Shown in pieces: positions 52,630 to 64,000 of a stretch of 64,000 nucleotides of DNA. Below the pieces are notes generated by a model. The model worked only from the letters and a program-made list of their open reading frames with translations, was not told where the DNA came from and did no database searches. The DNA lies in NCBI RefSeq assembly GCF_018977255.1, contig NW_024704742.1, forward strand, positions 19,222,001 through 19,286,000, given 5' to 3'. The stretch's first letter is position 1, and each line of letters opens with the position of its first letter. Source of the stretch: Callorhinchus milii. Lineage: Eukaryota. The position numbers were made by a program, and so were the translations under genes.

Positions 52630-54575
52630 AAGGGAATGTTAAAGGGATTGGGTGTGTTCATGTCCTTCAATCCAACATATACTGCAAAAAGATTATACGA
52701 AAAAAGGTTAGTGGGTAACATTAAAGGGAATTCTAAAATACTTTACAAACATATCAAGAAAAAAAGATTAGTCAAAGGTAGGATGGGGCCAATTAAGGAC
52801 CAAGGCGGAAATCTTATTGTGGAGGCAGAGGCTTGTGGAGGCTGATCTACTGAATGCGTACTTTGCATCTGTCTTCACAAAAGAAGTGGATGCACCAAAT
52901 GCCGCAGTAAGGGAGGAGAGGGTAGAGGAAATGGATAGGATAAATATAAACAGAGAGGAAGTGCTGAAAAGGTTGACTGGGCTGAAGGTAGATAAGTCAC
53001 CCGGTCCGGACGGGATGCAGCCAAGGGTACTATGGGAGGCAAGGATACAAATAGCGGAGGCTTTGGCTACAATTTTTCAATCTTCGTTGGACACAGGAGT
53101 GGTGTCAGAGGACTGGAGAGTGGCCAATGTGACTCCCCTGTACAAAAAGGGACAGAAGGACAAACCTGGGAACTACAGGCCAGTCAGCCTAACATCACTA
53201 GTGGGGAAACTTCTGGAGACTATAATCCAGGACAGAATAAATCTTCACTTAGAAGAATATGGGTTAATTAGGGACAGCCAACACGGATTTGTTAAAGGCA
53301 AATGTTGTCCAACAAATCTAATAGAATTTTTCGATGTGGTTACGGAGAGGGTGGATAAAGGTTGTAGTTGATGTAGTTTATATGGACTTTCAAAAGGCAT
53401 TTGACAAAGTGCCACATGAAAGACTTGTAAGAAAGATAGAAGCCCATGGTATAAAAGGGACAGTGGCAGCATGGATCCAGGACTGGCTGGGAGACAGAAA
53501 GCAGAGAGTTGTGGTGAACGACTGCTTTTCTGTCTGGAGGGAAGTGTGCAGTGGTGTCCCCCAGGGATCGGTATTAGCACCACTGCTCTTCTTAATATAC
53601 ATAAATGATCTGGACTTGGGTATAGCAAGCACCATTTCCAAGTTTGCGGACGACACAAAGTTAGGTAGGGTGATAAACAGTGAGAAGGATAGCAGCCAAC
53701 TGCAGGAAGACATAGACAGAATGGTAAAATGCGCAGACACGTGGAAGATGAATTTCAATGTGGAGAAATGCGAGGTAATGCATTTTGGTAGAAAGAATGA
53801 GGGGAGGCAATATAGACTAGGTAATACAATCTTAAGGGAGTGAAAGAACAGAGAGACCTGGGGGTTCAGGTAAATGAATCCTTGAAGGTGGCAGGACAGG
53901 TAGATAAAGCTGGAAGAAGGGCATATGGGATACTAGGCTTTATAAATAGGGGCACAGAGTACAAGAGTCAGGAGGTTATGATTAACCTGTATAAAACACT
54001 GGTTAGGCCTCAGTTAGAATATTGTGCACAGTTCTGGGCACCACACTATAGGAAGGATGTTAAGGCATTGGTAAGGGTGCAGAGGAGATTTACAAGAATG
54101 ATACCAGGAATGAGGGACCTTGATTATGAGGAAAGGCTAGAGAGGCTGGGATTATTCTCATTGGAGCAGAGAAGGTTACGAGGAGACCTAATAGAGATCT
54201 TCAAAATCATGAGGGGATTTGATAGGTTAGAAAGGGAAAAACTGTTTCCACTGGTGGGTGTGTCGGTGACTCAAGGTCACAGATTTAAAATAGTCTCTAA
54301 AAGAAGCAGAGGGGGGGGTGAGAAGAAATTTCTTCATGCAGCGAGTTGTTCGAATCTGGAATGCATTGCCTGAAAGGCTGGTGGATGCCGTTTCGATAAC
54401 TACTTTAAAAACGCGGTGGATGGGTATTTGAGGAGGATGGGTTTGCAGGGTTATGGGGAAAGGGCTGCAGAGTGGGATTGATGTCACATTGCTCTTTTCA
54501 AAGAGCCGGCACAGACTCGATGGGCCGAATAACCTCTTTTTGTGCTGTACGATTCTATGGTTCTATAATTCTATG
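52630..54575 (+). mobile_element. CR1 LINE, 5'-truncated, near-intact RT with a few frameshifts
   Basis: KSPGPDG, NYRPVSLTS, QHGF, YMDFQKAFDKVPH, SGVPQGSVL, KFADD, RDLGV, LEQRRLRGDLI; TTCTATG-repeat tail. Confidence 0.96.
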
Positions 54576-56489
54576 ATACTGCTGACCATGATTTTTCAAA
54601 GAACTTACATTGCTTTGTCTTAGATGAAAAGGTACTTTTGATTTCTCCCCAATGTGTTCAAACCATATGTTTCTCAGCTTAATGGTCCTTTGTGCCAAAC
54701 GTTATACCACAGAAAAACTGTTATTTAAAATTGGAATTTGCTTCTTGCTTTGCAATAGTATTATCCCAAAGCACAACACTTAACTGAAGCTTTAATTAAA
54801 GGTTATTCCTCTCAGTAACTAAGTGTGACTGTGTGCAGATGGGACGATGGATAAGAAACAATAGACAGGTTCATATGGCTAATTGGAAGTCACTGAGTAG
54901 CTGTTTCCCAGTCACTCTAGTCTAAGTGTTCAAAAGCCACTCAACAGGCAATTTATAGTGTGAAATTTCTATTTCTGAGGAAGCAAAGTTCCTAAAGATA
55001 TCCCGAGGGAGGTTACTATTTCTAAAATGCCGCACTGAAACTAAAACAAACACAAGGCACCGCAAAATGAAAAAGTGCTAATATAGTAAAAGGGGGAAGA
55101 AATTTATATTTCATACCTTTCCTTGACAAGATAGGAAGGCTGCTGCCTCTCACAAATGTGTGCATATTTAATAATGTGTAAACTTTCCTGAGGCTCTGTG
55201 TGCTTCAGCAAGTTTTATCATTGCATTGTTTGGTACAATTTGTGTTCTTGCCGCCACTGGCACTGTGCCAGGTGCTCTCTGATATGACCTACTGCAACAC
55301 CATCTAAATCTGCTTCTATTCTTACAATGCTATTCTTAAAGCAAATACTAAGCCACTTTTTTAAAGGAGATGTGAATGCAGTGATGGGAGGAACATAGGG
55401 TGTATATTCTGGGAGGGATTCTCTCAATGACATTGGTTTTATCATTGCCCCATCCCACATTCCCTTTCCACTGCCAGCTTGTGTGCCCAGCTAGAAGTGT
55501 TAAATGGATTGAAATGAACTTCTGATGTGAAAGGCATTGATAAATGCAAATTATATTGCATCATATAATCACACATTATATCATAAACAGTGTGATTGAA
55601 AAGTGGTGAAACACCAAAGTCATGATGTTACTAACACTTCGCCGCAGAGAAAGCACCCTGTGCCACAAACGCATGGGAGCCTCCTGAACATCATACTGGC
55701 TAGCGATACCTTAGTACGTTGAGATTTCAGGTTGAAGCCTCTGTTTCTACTGTATGTTCAATGGCAAATTGTTGCAGAAATACAGCAGCTTTCCCACCAA
55801 ACTTGCAATGCAAATACAACATTGTAAACCGATCACATTTCCCTAAGAACCGTTTAAGCCCTAAGAACGCATCAACTCAGATTTCACCCTTGTAACTCAC
55901 TCAGTATTCATAGGCAATTTTATCATTGAAACTCCTCATGTGTGAAGAGATTTGAACTAAGAGTTGGAACCAGGAACCTGCAGTTTCCACCCAGCACTTT
56001 TCATGTTATGGTTCAGTTTCCAAGCAACACAAATGTCAAGAATACTGAAATCACACTACTGCACTGGCACCTTGTGTTATAATCGGGATTCTCAGAACTT
56101 GTTCACATGCTGTAGTACAGTAGGAGGAAAAATACAGATCAAATCAAATTAATTAGAGTATATCCCCTGCCAGTTAATGAAGTCTTTGCATAGGGTCTGC
56201 TGCAAACGTATTTAGCCATATTTGATTCGGGACTGTCAGCTAAACTATTTGGTTAGTAAGGGTGAAAATGGTAGATTAAATTTACCTATTTGATATTTAT
56301 TGCTATTCCCTTAATAGTAACATTTGTTTATAAGGAAAATATATCAGAGGGAGACATTTATCATAAGCTTAGACATTACAAGCAACAGCAATTGAACTAA
56401 TGATATATCTGATTGCATGAGTCCACCAGTTATCCAGTATTTCATTATGCACTAACAGTGCACTGTATATGAACAATAACTACAGCATC

Positions 56490-58005
56490 ATGCAATTATA
56501 TAGCCCCCTCCCGCCACCCCCCACCACCCCCCTGCAGGGTAGAATCTCAGAGCGCTTAACAGTGCCGGAGCCTGACTTCGAGCTGGGGCATTGGGGAGTG
56601 AGGAGGTCGAAGAGGTAGGAAGATGCCAGGGAGTGAATGGATTTGAACATGAGTTTAAAGATCTTGAAGTTGATCCGTTTGGTGATGGGGAGCCAGTGGA
56701 GCCTGGCCAGAACAGGTGAGATGTGGGTATGGAGTTTGGTCCAGGTCAGTATGCGGGCGGCAGAGTTCTGATTGAGCTGGATCTTTTGAATGGTGGAGCT
56801 GGGGAGACCGGCGAGGAGTACATTGGAGCAATCCAAGTGGGATGTGACAAACTGATGCATGAGGGTTGCGGCTGCGTTTGGGGTAAGGTACGGTCGGAGG
56901 CAGGCAATGTGGCGGAGATGGAAGAAGGCAGGAATGTGGGGGAGAAAGGACAACTGGGAGTCAAACCGGATGCCTAGGTTGCGCATTGGTTTGGTGAGTC
57001 TGAGGGAGAGTCCAGGGAGGTTGAGGAGTTTAGTTCCGTAGGAGTGAAGACGTTGATGGGAGCCAAGAAGTATGGTTTCTGTCTTGTCCATATTTAGCTG
57101 CAGTACGTTTACACTCATCCAGGTCTTGATGTCTGCCAGACAAGCTGATAGAACATCGGTGGACCTGGAGTTGGTACTGGAGGAGGCAAAGTAGATTTGT
57201 GTGTCATCTGCATACATGTGGAAGTTTGTTCCCTGTCTGTGGATGGCATTGCCCAGAGGGAGCATATAGCTAAGAAAAAGAAGAGGCCAAGGATGGAGCC
57301 CCGCGGTGACCGGGTGGGGGCGGGAGGAGAAATGATTCGCTGAGAAGAAATGGAGGCGATTGGTTACGTAGGACTCGAACCATGTGAGTGCAGTCCCAAT
57401 GAGGTAGATGAGGAAGGTGAGCCGATGGAGGAGGATGGCGTGGTTGACTGTATCAAACGCGGCAGAGAGATCCAGAAAACGAGCAGGCAGAGGGAGCCCT
57501 GGTCACAGATAGAGAGGATGTTGTTTGTGACTTTGACAAGTGCTGTTTCTGTGCTGTGGCCAGGGCAAAAACCATACTGCAGGGGCTCGAGGAGAGGAGA
57601 GATGTAACCGAAGTTGACCTGCAACAATGCGTTCCAGGACTTTGGCAAGGAAGCGTAGGTTGGAGATGGGTCGGTAGTATGTGAGATTAGAGGGATCGAG
57701 GGTGGGTTTTTTGAGGAAGGGTGTGGTGACAGCGTTTTTAGGTGGAGTGGAACAGAGCCTGAGGAGAGAGACTGGTTGACCATGTCGGCCAGCAAGAAGG
57801 AGAGGGGGGGGAGTTGAGTGACCAGCAACTGGGTGGGGAGTGGGTCGAGGGAGCAGGTGGTGAACTTCATCCGGGTGATTGTGGTTGAGTGGGAGGGAGA
57901 AATGGGGGCAAAGGAGTGTAAGGAGGGGGGAATGGCAGGAGCCGTGGTGGAGGGAGATGGCGGTGTGGATGGTCTGGGTGGGGTGGAAGGGGACATGGGG
58001 AGGTG
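56490..58005 (-). mobile_element. L2 LINE RT region
   Basis: TTCSLDP, QYGFCPGHSTETALVKVTN, FHMYADDTQIY, LHWLP. Confidence 0.92.
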
Positions 58006-59715
58006 AAGTCTATATTTGACTGTCCAAAATCATTTGCTAATGAAATGCCACTTTAATATTGAATGCTGATGGATTGTCTCTTGAAGTTGCGAAAGTATTG
58101 CCAAGAAACTCCAATTACTTGGCTGAATGCTGGGCAAGTGAGTTTTTGAAGCTTTGCCAAAGCTAGGTAAGCACAGCAGAACTGGTTCTGTGGTTCAGAG
58201 ATAAAATGGCTCGTGCTGACAGAAGCAAAAATATTGACAACAAATCAATGAACTTTGGATTCAGGACTGACAATATTCTGAGGAAGACATTATGTGCACT
58301 TTAACATTAGTTTGCATAAATTCTTCTATCAAGTATTTGTTTTATTGATCTTTTATAAATCTCCACATCAATGCAAACTAACTGCTATCATGAATGCTAA
58401 GTGAACTTTTCATTCCAAGCTTATAGATGGTATATCCCACAGCAAGGTGATTGTTAGTAAACAGCAGAAGTTAAATTTATAGTTGAAAGAGGATAATAAT
58501 CTGTCCTTCGGATGAGATGTTAAATTGAGGCCTAGACGGCCTGTCCAAATGGGCATTAAAGATCCCATGACACTATTCAAAAACAGAGAAAAGTTTGACC
58601 CGATGTCCTAGCAATGAATTCTCCCAAATAAAATTTGTCATTTATTTCAAGGCAATTTGTGGGACATTGTTTGGTGCAAATTGGCTGGAGCATTTGCCCA
58701 TAAAAGCATAATAATTCCACTTTACAGTATTTCCTGTGGGGTGCTTTGAGGTGTCCACCGGAAATGAAAGACAGTATATCAAATGTAGAATTTATTGTTT
58801 TGTGAATTTTAAAGTATACAGTAACCGTGGGTTTGAAACAAATGAAAGATTATGACAATTAGTAAATTTATACATCTGAATCTTTTTGTTACAAAAACAG
58901 CCATTTTATCACCACTTTTAAAGTACTAGTAAATTATAGGTTTAGACCTCACACATATATCTCAATGGTATTTGATTGTATTAATTTCAGAAAGTAAACA
59001 GTGATTAGTATGGGGATTAATTCAGGCCATAATCAGGGTTTAAAATTTAGATTCATAGAACAAGAATTTAAATCTTTATTTGATGGTATTTGCACATGAA
59101 TGGGGAACAATCCAGGGAGGCTGATAGTTACCCAGTATCAAACTGCAGGGAATTGGACAGATAGTCATTGTCAAAGTATCAATCTGTCAATAACCACCCC
59201 AATGACCACAGGAATTCAAGAGAAAAATGATCATTATAATAGCAGGGAGTCACATTCATACCCAGCACTCAGCCAGTAAGGAGATTCATTGCATATTGAT
59301 GCAAAGCCATTATCGACAAACCTAATTAAGTACTGGATGTGTGTTGAAGACATTTGATTCTAAATCAAAATAAGTTATTGTAATTCTGCATAACTCATTA
59401 ATAAGGTCACATTTAGAATAGGCAGGATGTATTACCAGTCAAAGGAGTCCGCACAACATCAAATAGCTCCTTTAAAAAGAGCCGAGTAAGCCTATTTTTG
59501 GTCAGCTGTGTGGAAACGTGTGGAAACCCACCACCATGCTCGAATTTCTCTGTGTCTCTGTGTCTGGAACAGAATACGTACCCTCTTCCTGGAGAAGCAC
59601 CTTGCTTAACATCTGGAGAGTATTAAGTACAGAGAGATAAAGTTGAGCTGGCTCTAAGGTGCCATGCTGGGCAGTGGAATGTTCAAATCAAATCAATCCT
59701 TGGTAGCGGTCTCAG

Positions 59716-60043
59716 TAATAATAATAATAATAATAATAATCCTTGCATTTGATATAGCGCTTTTCACGTCGGGAGGACGTCCCAAAGCGCTTCACAGAAC
59801 ACACTGTAAAGTGAATTGACTGTATATTTGTGGGCGAACGCGGCAGCCAATTGCGCACAGCAATGTCCCACAAACAGTCGTGGATTGAAAATGACCAATT
59901 TATTATTGTTTTTGGTTTTGGAGGGATTATTATTAGGCTCTGTGTGGAGTAAGGAAACTTGCCCAAGGTTTCGCCCTGCCTGGAATTGAACTCAGGTCTC
60001 TAGCTTGCAAAGCGAGTGCTCAACCACTGAGCTACAGGACTCC
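59716..60043 (-). mobile_element. Young tRNA-Ala DeuSINE
   Basis: Full reverse-complement copy. Confidence 0.93.
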
Positions 60044-60426
60044 ACGAGTCCGGTTCCTGAGGCAGGCAAGTCCACAGCACTCCAGCTAACTTAGCTCAAC
60101 GGTTGGATTTGGCAGGGTAAAACACTAGGGTCGGGGATTCCCACTCCGCTCCTGTTAATCCTACAAGCTAAAGCCTTAAATGGGTAGCGTGTGCTAACAA
60201 GATAAGCAATGGGAAGCTTACGAGGCTTTGCTTTCAATGGCAAGCAATGCATTTTTGCAGTTTGCAGCAGTACCCCCATTGTACCCATTTTGGGGTCCCC
60301 AACCCTTGGCCCTGGCCAACCTGCACCTCATACACTTCGAATTTAGTTAAGCAAAGGCATCCCTTCAAGAAGAGAGTATGGATTGCATTCCAGACAAAAG
60401 GTTTTTCATTATCTAGGTGGCATACA

Positions 60427-60690
60427 TAATAATAATAATCCTTGCATTTGATATAGCGCGTTATCATGTCTTTGAGACATTTCAAAATGTTTCAAAGAAT
60501 ATACTGTAAAGTGAATTGACAGTATATTTTGTGGGTGAAACGCGGCAACCGGTTGTGCACAGTAGTGTACCACAAACAGCCGCGGATTGAGTGACCAATT
60601 TATTATTATTTTTTTGGAAGGAATTATTAATACCAGAAAAGCAATCCGCCAATTGACTAACAACTGGGCTCCTGCTTACTGCTAGGTAAG
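60427..60690 (-). mobile_element. Older long-form DeuSINE, 3' part, abutting a CR1
   Basis: Tail, core and internal segment. A short head fragment appears at ~63403-63440 on the far side of the CR1, consistent with the CR1 having inserted into this SINE. Confidence 0.8.
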
Positions 60691-63395
60691 AGTGTCTGAG
60701 CTGGAATCCGTGGTGCAGACATTGCGCAGCATCAGGACAGTGAGTGCTTCCTGATAGTTTCATCCTGGAGCCAGTCACTCCCCTGAGGCTCAGGGAATGT
60801 ATAGATAATAGTATCAGTCAAGGACAGGATAGGGTGTCTGACAGGCAGGAGGTTAAGGGAACATCAGAGAGAGTGGTAGTGAAGCCTCAGGCTTTAACCT
60901 TGGCCAACAGGTACGAGATCCTTGCAACCTGTGTGGACAAGGAAGCTTGTGAAGAGGAAGGAAAATGTGATTCCAATATTAGGGGAAACAAACAGAAAGT
61001 TGTAGTGATTGGGGACGAGACTATCAGGCGGACAGATACACTTATCTGAGGCCACAACCTGGAGACCCGAAGGCTCTGTTGCCTTCCTGGGGCCGGGGTG
61101 AAGGACGTCTGGGCGGGGCTGGAGGAAAATCTGAAACATGAGGGCAAGGATCCATTGGTGGTGCTTCACATAGATACCAATGACATAGGTAGGGTTAGTT
61201 GTGATGATTTGAGGAGGGAGTTCAAGGAGCTGGGAACTAAATTAAAACAAAGAACATCAAAGGTAGTGATATCAGGATTGCTGCCTTTGACATGTGCAAA
61301 TTGGTACAGGAATAAGCAAATTTGAGAGTTGAATGCATGGCTGAAGGAGTGGTGCGGAACGCAGGGGTTTCATTTTATGGGCCATTGGCACCAGTATTGG
61401 GGGTCTATTTCAAAAAGATGGGCTCCACTTAAAGCAGGCTGGGACAAATGTCCTAGCAAACCGAATACATAGGGAGGTAAATAAAGCTTTAAACTGGTAA
61501 AGGCGAGGGGGGATACAATTAGAAATAATCGCAAGCCAGCAGTTTTGAGAAAACTAAAGGTAGCAGAACAGAATAGCGAGAGAGGTAAGAAGCTCAGTAA
61601 AGAAGATAGGGCATCAGAGAGTAGGAAATGGTAAGGAATTAAAATCGCTATATCTGAATGCACGAAGCATTCGGAATAAGATAGATGAATTAAAGGCACA
61701 GATAGATACAAATAGGTATGATCTAGTAGCCATTACTGAGACATGGTTACAGGGAGATCTAGGGTGGGAGTTAAATATTCCGGGGTTTTCAGTTTATAGG
61801 AAGGATAGACAATGTGGAAAACGAGGTGGGGGGGTGGTAGCCTTGTTAATAAAGGATAGAATAAAAACAGTAGAGAGGAAAGATTTCAAATCAGATAACC
61901 AGGATGTAGAGACGGTATGGGTAGAATTACAAAATACAAGGGGCAGAAAACATTAGTGGGAGCAGTTTATAGACCCCCAAAAGTGAGCAGTATGCTGAGG
62001 AACCAACTAGGAGACAGGCCATCCTAGACTTTGTTTTGTGTAACGATATTAAGGCTACTCTAGGGCAGTGTGATCATAACACAATAGAGTTTAGTACTAA
62101 GTTAGAGAGCGATGTAATCAAATCCGAAGCAAGGGTCTTAAATTTAAATAAAGCTAACTTTGCAGGTATGAAGGAGGAATTAGCTAAAATAGACTGGGAA
62201 ATTAGATTAATGGATATGACAATAGACCAACAGTGGCAAACGTTTAAAGATGTAGTGCAAAATTCTCAGCGGTCACATATTCCCTTGAGGAATAAGAGTA
62301 CCACAGGGAAAGCAGTTCATCCGTGGCTAACTAGAGCAGTTAGAGAAAGTATAAAACTAAAAGAAATGGCCTATAAAACTGCCAAAAAGAGTAGCAAATC
62401 TGAGGACTGGGAGTGTTTTAGGGATCAACAAAGGAAAACCAAAAAGCTCATGAAGAGTGACAAAATGGATTATGAGGGCAAGCTAGCTAGGAACATTAAG
62501 ACAAATTGTAAGATTTTTTATAAATACATTGAAAGGAATAGGCTAGCAAAAGTAAATGTGGGTCCATTACAGACAGAGACAGGAGAAATTATAATGGGGG
62601 ATAAGGATTTGGCAGAGTCCCTAAATAAATACTTTGCTTTTGTCTTCACGTTAGAAGACACAAGAAGTTTACCAGAAATAGAGATGCACCAAGGGGCTAA
62701 TGATAGGGAGCAACTTAGGGAAATTTACATTAACAAAGAATTGGTGCTAGGGAAATTGTTGGCATTAAAAAGTGACAAGTCCCCTGGACCTGATGGTCTG
62801 CATCCTAGGGTTTTAAAAGAGGTAGCTCATGAGATAATGGAGGCCTTGTGACTGATCTTCCAAAATTCTTTGGATTCTGGAACAGTTCCCATTGATTGGA
62901 AGATTGCAATCGTAGATTCATTAGGTTTGTACCAGGGATGAGGGGATGAGTTATGAGGATAGGTTGAGCAATTTAGGCCTATATTCTCTAGAATATAGAA
63001 GAATGAGAGGTGATCTTATAGAAACCTATAAGATTATAAAGGGGCACGACAGAACAGACAATGGGAGACTTTTTTCCCCTGTTTGGAGAAACTATAACCA
63101 GGGGTCACAATCTTAAAATTAGGGGTAAGCCCTTTCGTATTGAGTTGAGGAAAAACTTCTTCACTCAGAGGGTAGTGAATTTATGGAATTCTCTACCCCA
63201 AAGGGCTGTAGATGCTCAGTCCTTGAACATATTCAAGACTGAGATTGATAGATTTCTTGTGGATAAGGGATTCAGGGATATGGGGATAAGGCAGGTAAGT
63301 GGAGTTAGAATAGATCAGCCACGATCTTATTGAATGGCGGGGCAGGCTAGAGGGGCCGAATGGCCTACTCCTGCACTTATTTCTTATGTTCTTAT
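60690..63395 (+). mobile_element. CR1 LINE with ORF1 (SGNH esterase-like) and endonuclease; RT core deleted
   Basis: LANRYEIL, VVVIGDE, CLPGA, VVLHIDTND (ORF1); YLNARSIRNK, AITETWL (APE); KSPGPDG, then a jump at ~62910 to the C-terminus; TTCTTATG tail. Confidence 0.92.
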
Positions 63396-64000
63396 GTTAT
63401 GTTCTCTCGCTTGCGAGGCCAGTACTCTAACCACTGACCTGCACCTATTTTGCAGGCAAAAAGTGCATCTTTGCAACAATAGTTTAACGATTTCTAAGCT
63501 GACTCAACTGCCATAAAAAATCCATTAAGTTTTTGGTCATATAAGTGTCCAATGTAATTTTTGCTTTTCTACAGTCTGTTTGACATGATTAAAGAAACAG
63601 CACATTAACACAAAGCTGCTATATAAGAAAAAAACATATCTACGTAAGGAAATATATTCAGATCCAGTATATTTACTTTCGTCAGGCAAAGGGGGAAATT
63701 TTCTGTGTTGCAGAAGATCTGTGGATCAGTGACAGCATGATTTCATGATTCAGAGATGATTTACACTGGGTATTATATTTTGACCACTTATCTTGTTCCT
63801 TGCAATGAAAAATTGTTAGGGGATTTAAAATGACATATTTTCCACTAATGCCCTACTGACTATTTGTGCGCTTCTGCTGTACTACATCCATTGTATATTC
63901 CAGCAGAAAGTCAACTTCACATCTGAAAGATTGTTTAAGTGGTCAAGGGTTTCTAGCAAGAAAACAGTTCTGATAAGCTTTAATAGATTCCAATCCCCAT

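Noticed and set aside
55200..59612. Further possible exons (~55220-55335, ~58010-58165, 59582-59612); also ~31204-31249, ~39295-39385, ~8675-8845, ~4900-5180
   Set aside because: Splice-like sites or protein-like text but no motif I can anchor; left for alignment to decide.
1..64000. APPL1 or IL17RD exons expected from mammalian HESX1 synteny; CRISPR or prokaryotic systems
   Set aside because: None recognised. The sequence is vertebrate, and the repeats are dispersed retroposons rather than spaced arrays.

Overview
Eukaryotic, AT-rich, repeat-dense vertebrate DNA. The repeat set (tRNA-Ala-headed DeuSINE with an L2 tail, SacSINE1-like DeuSINEs, L2 and CR1 LINEs, Penelope-like terminal repeats) points to a cartilaginous fish, probably a chimaera; this is inference from recalled repeat families. 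Most ORFs in the supplied track are transposon fragments or noise. Two non-repeat signals stand out. (1) An unmistakable HESX1/Anf homeobox on the + strand (~51.15-51.55 kb). It lacks both introns that interrupt the mammalian HESX1 homeobox, has a TATA box ~100 bp upstream, and has a stop codon four codons after the best ATG. (2) About 20 exon-like islands on the - strand, from ~52.4 kb (perhaps 59.6 kb) to the window start, many with AG/GT boundaries. Their stop- and frameshift-ridden translations resemble, in collinear order, segments of giant HERC2/HECTD4/ZZEF1-type ubiquitin-ligase proteins, including a MIB/HERC2-like motif. This suggests a decayed unitary pseudogene with HESX1 nested antisense in one of its introns. 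All protein similarities are by eye from recalled sequences and need database confirmation. No rRNA, genuine tRNA or CRISPR array was seen.
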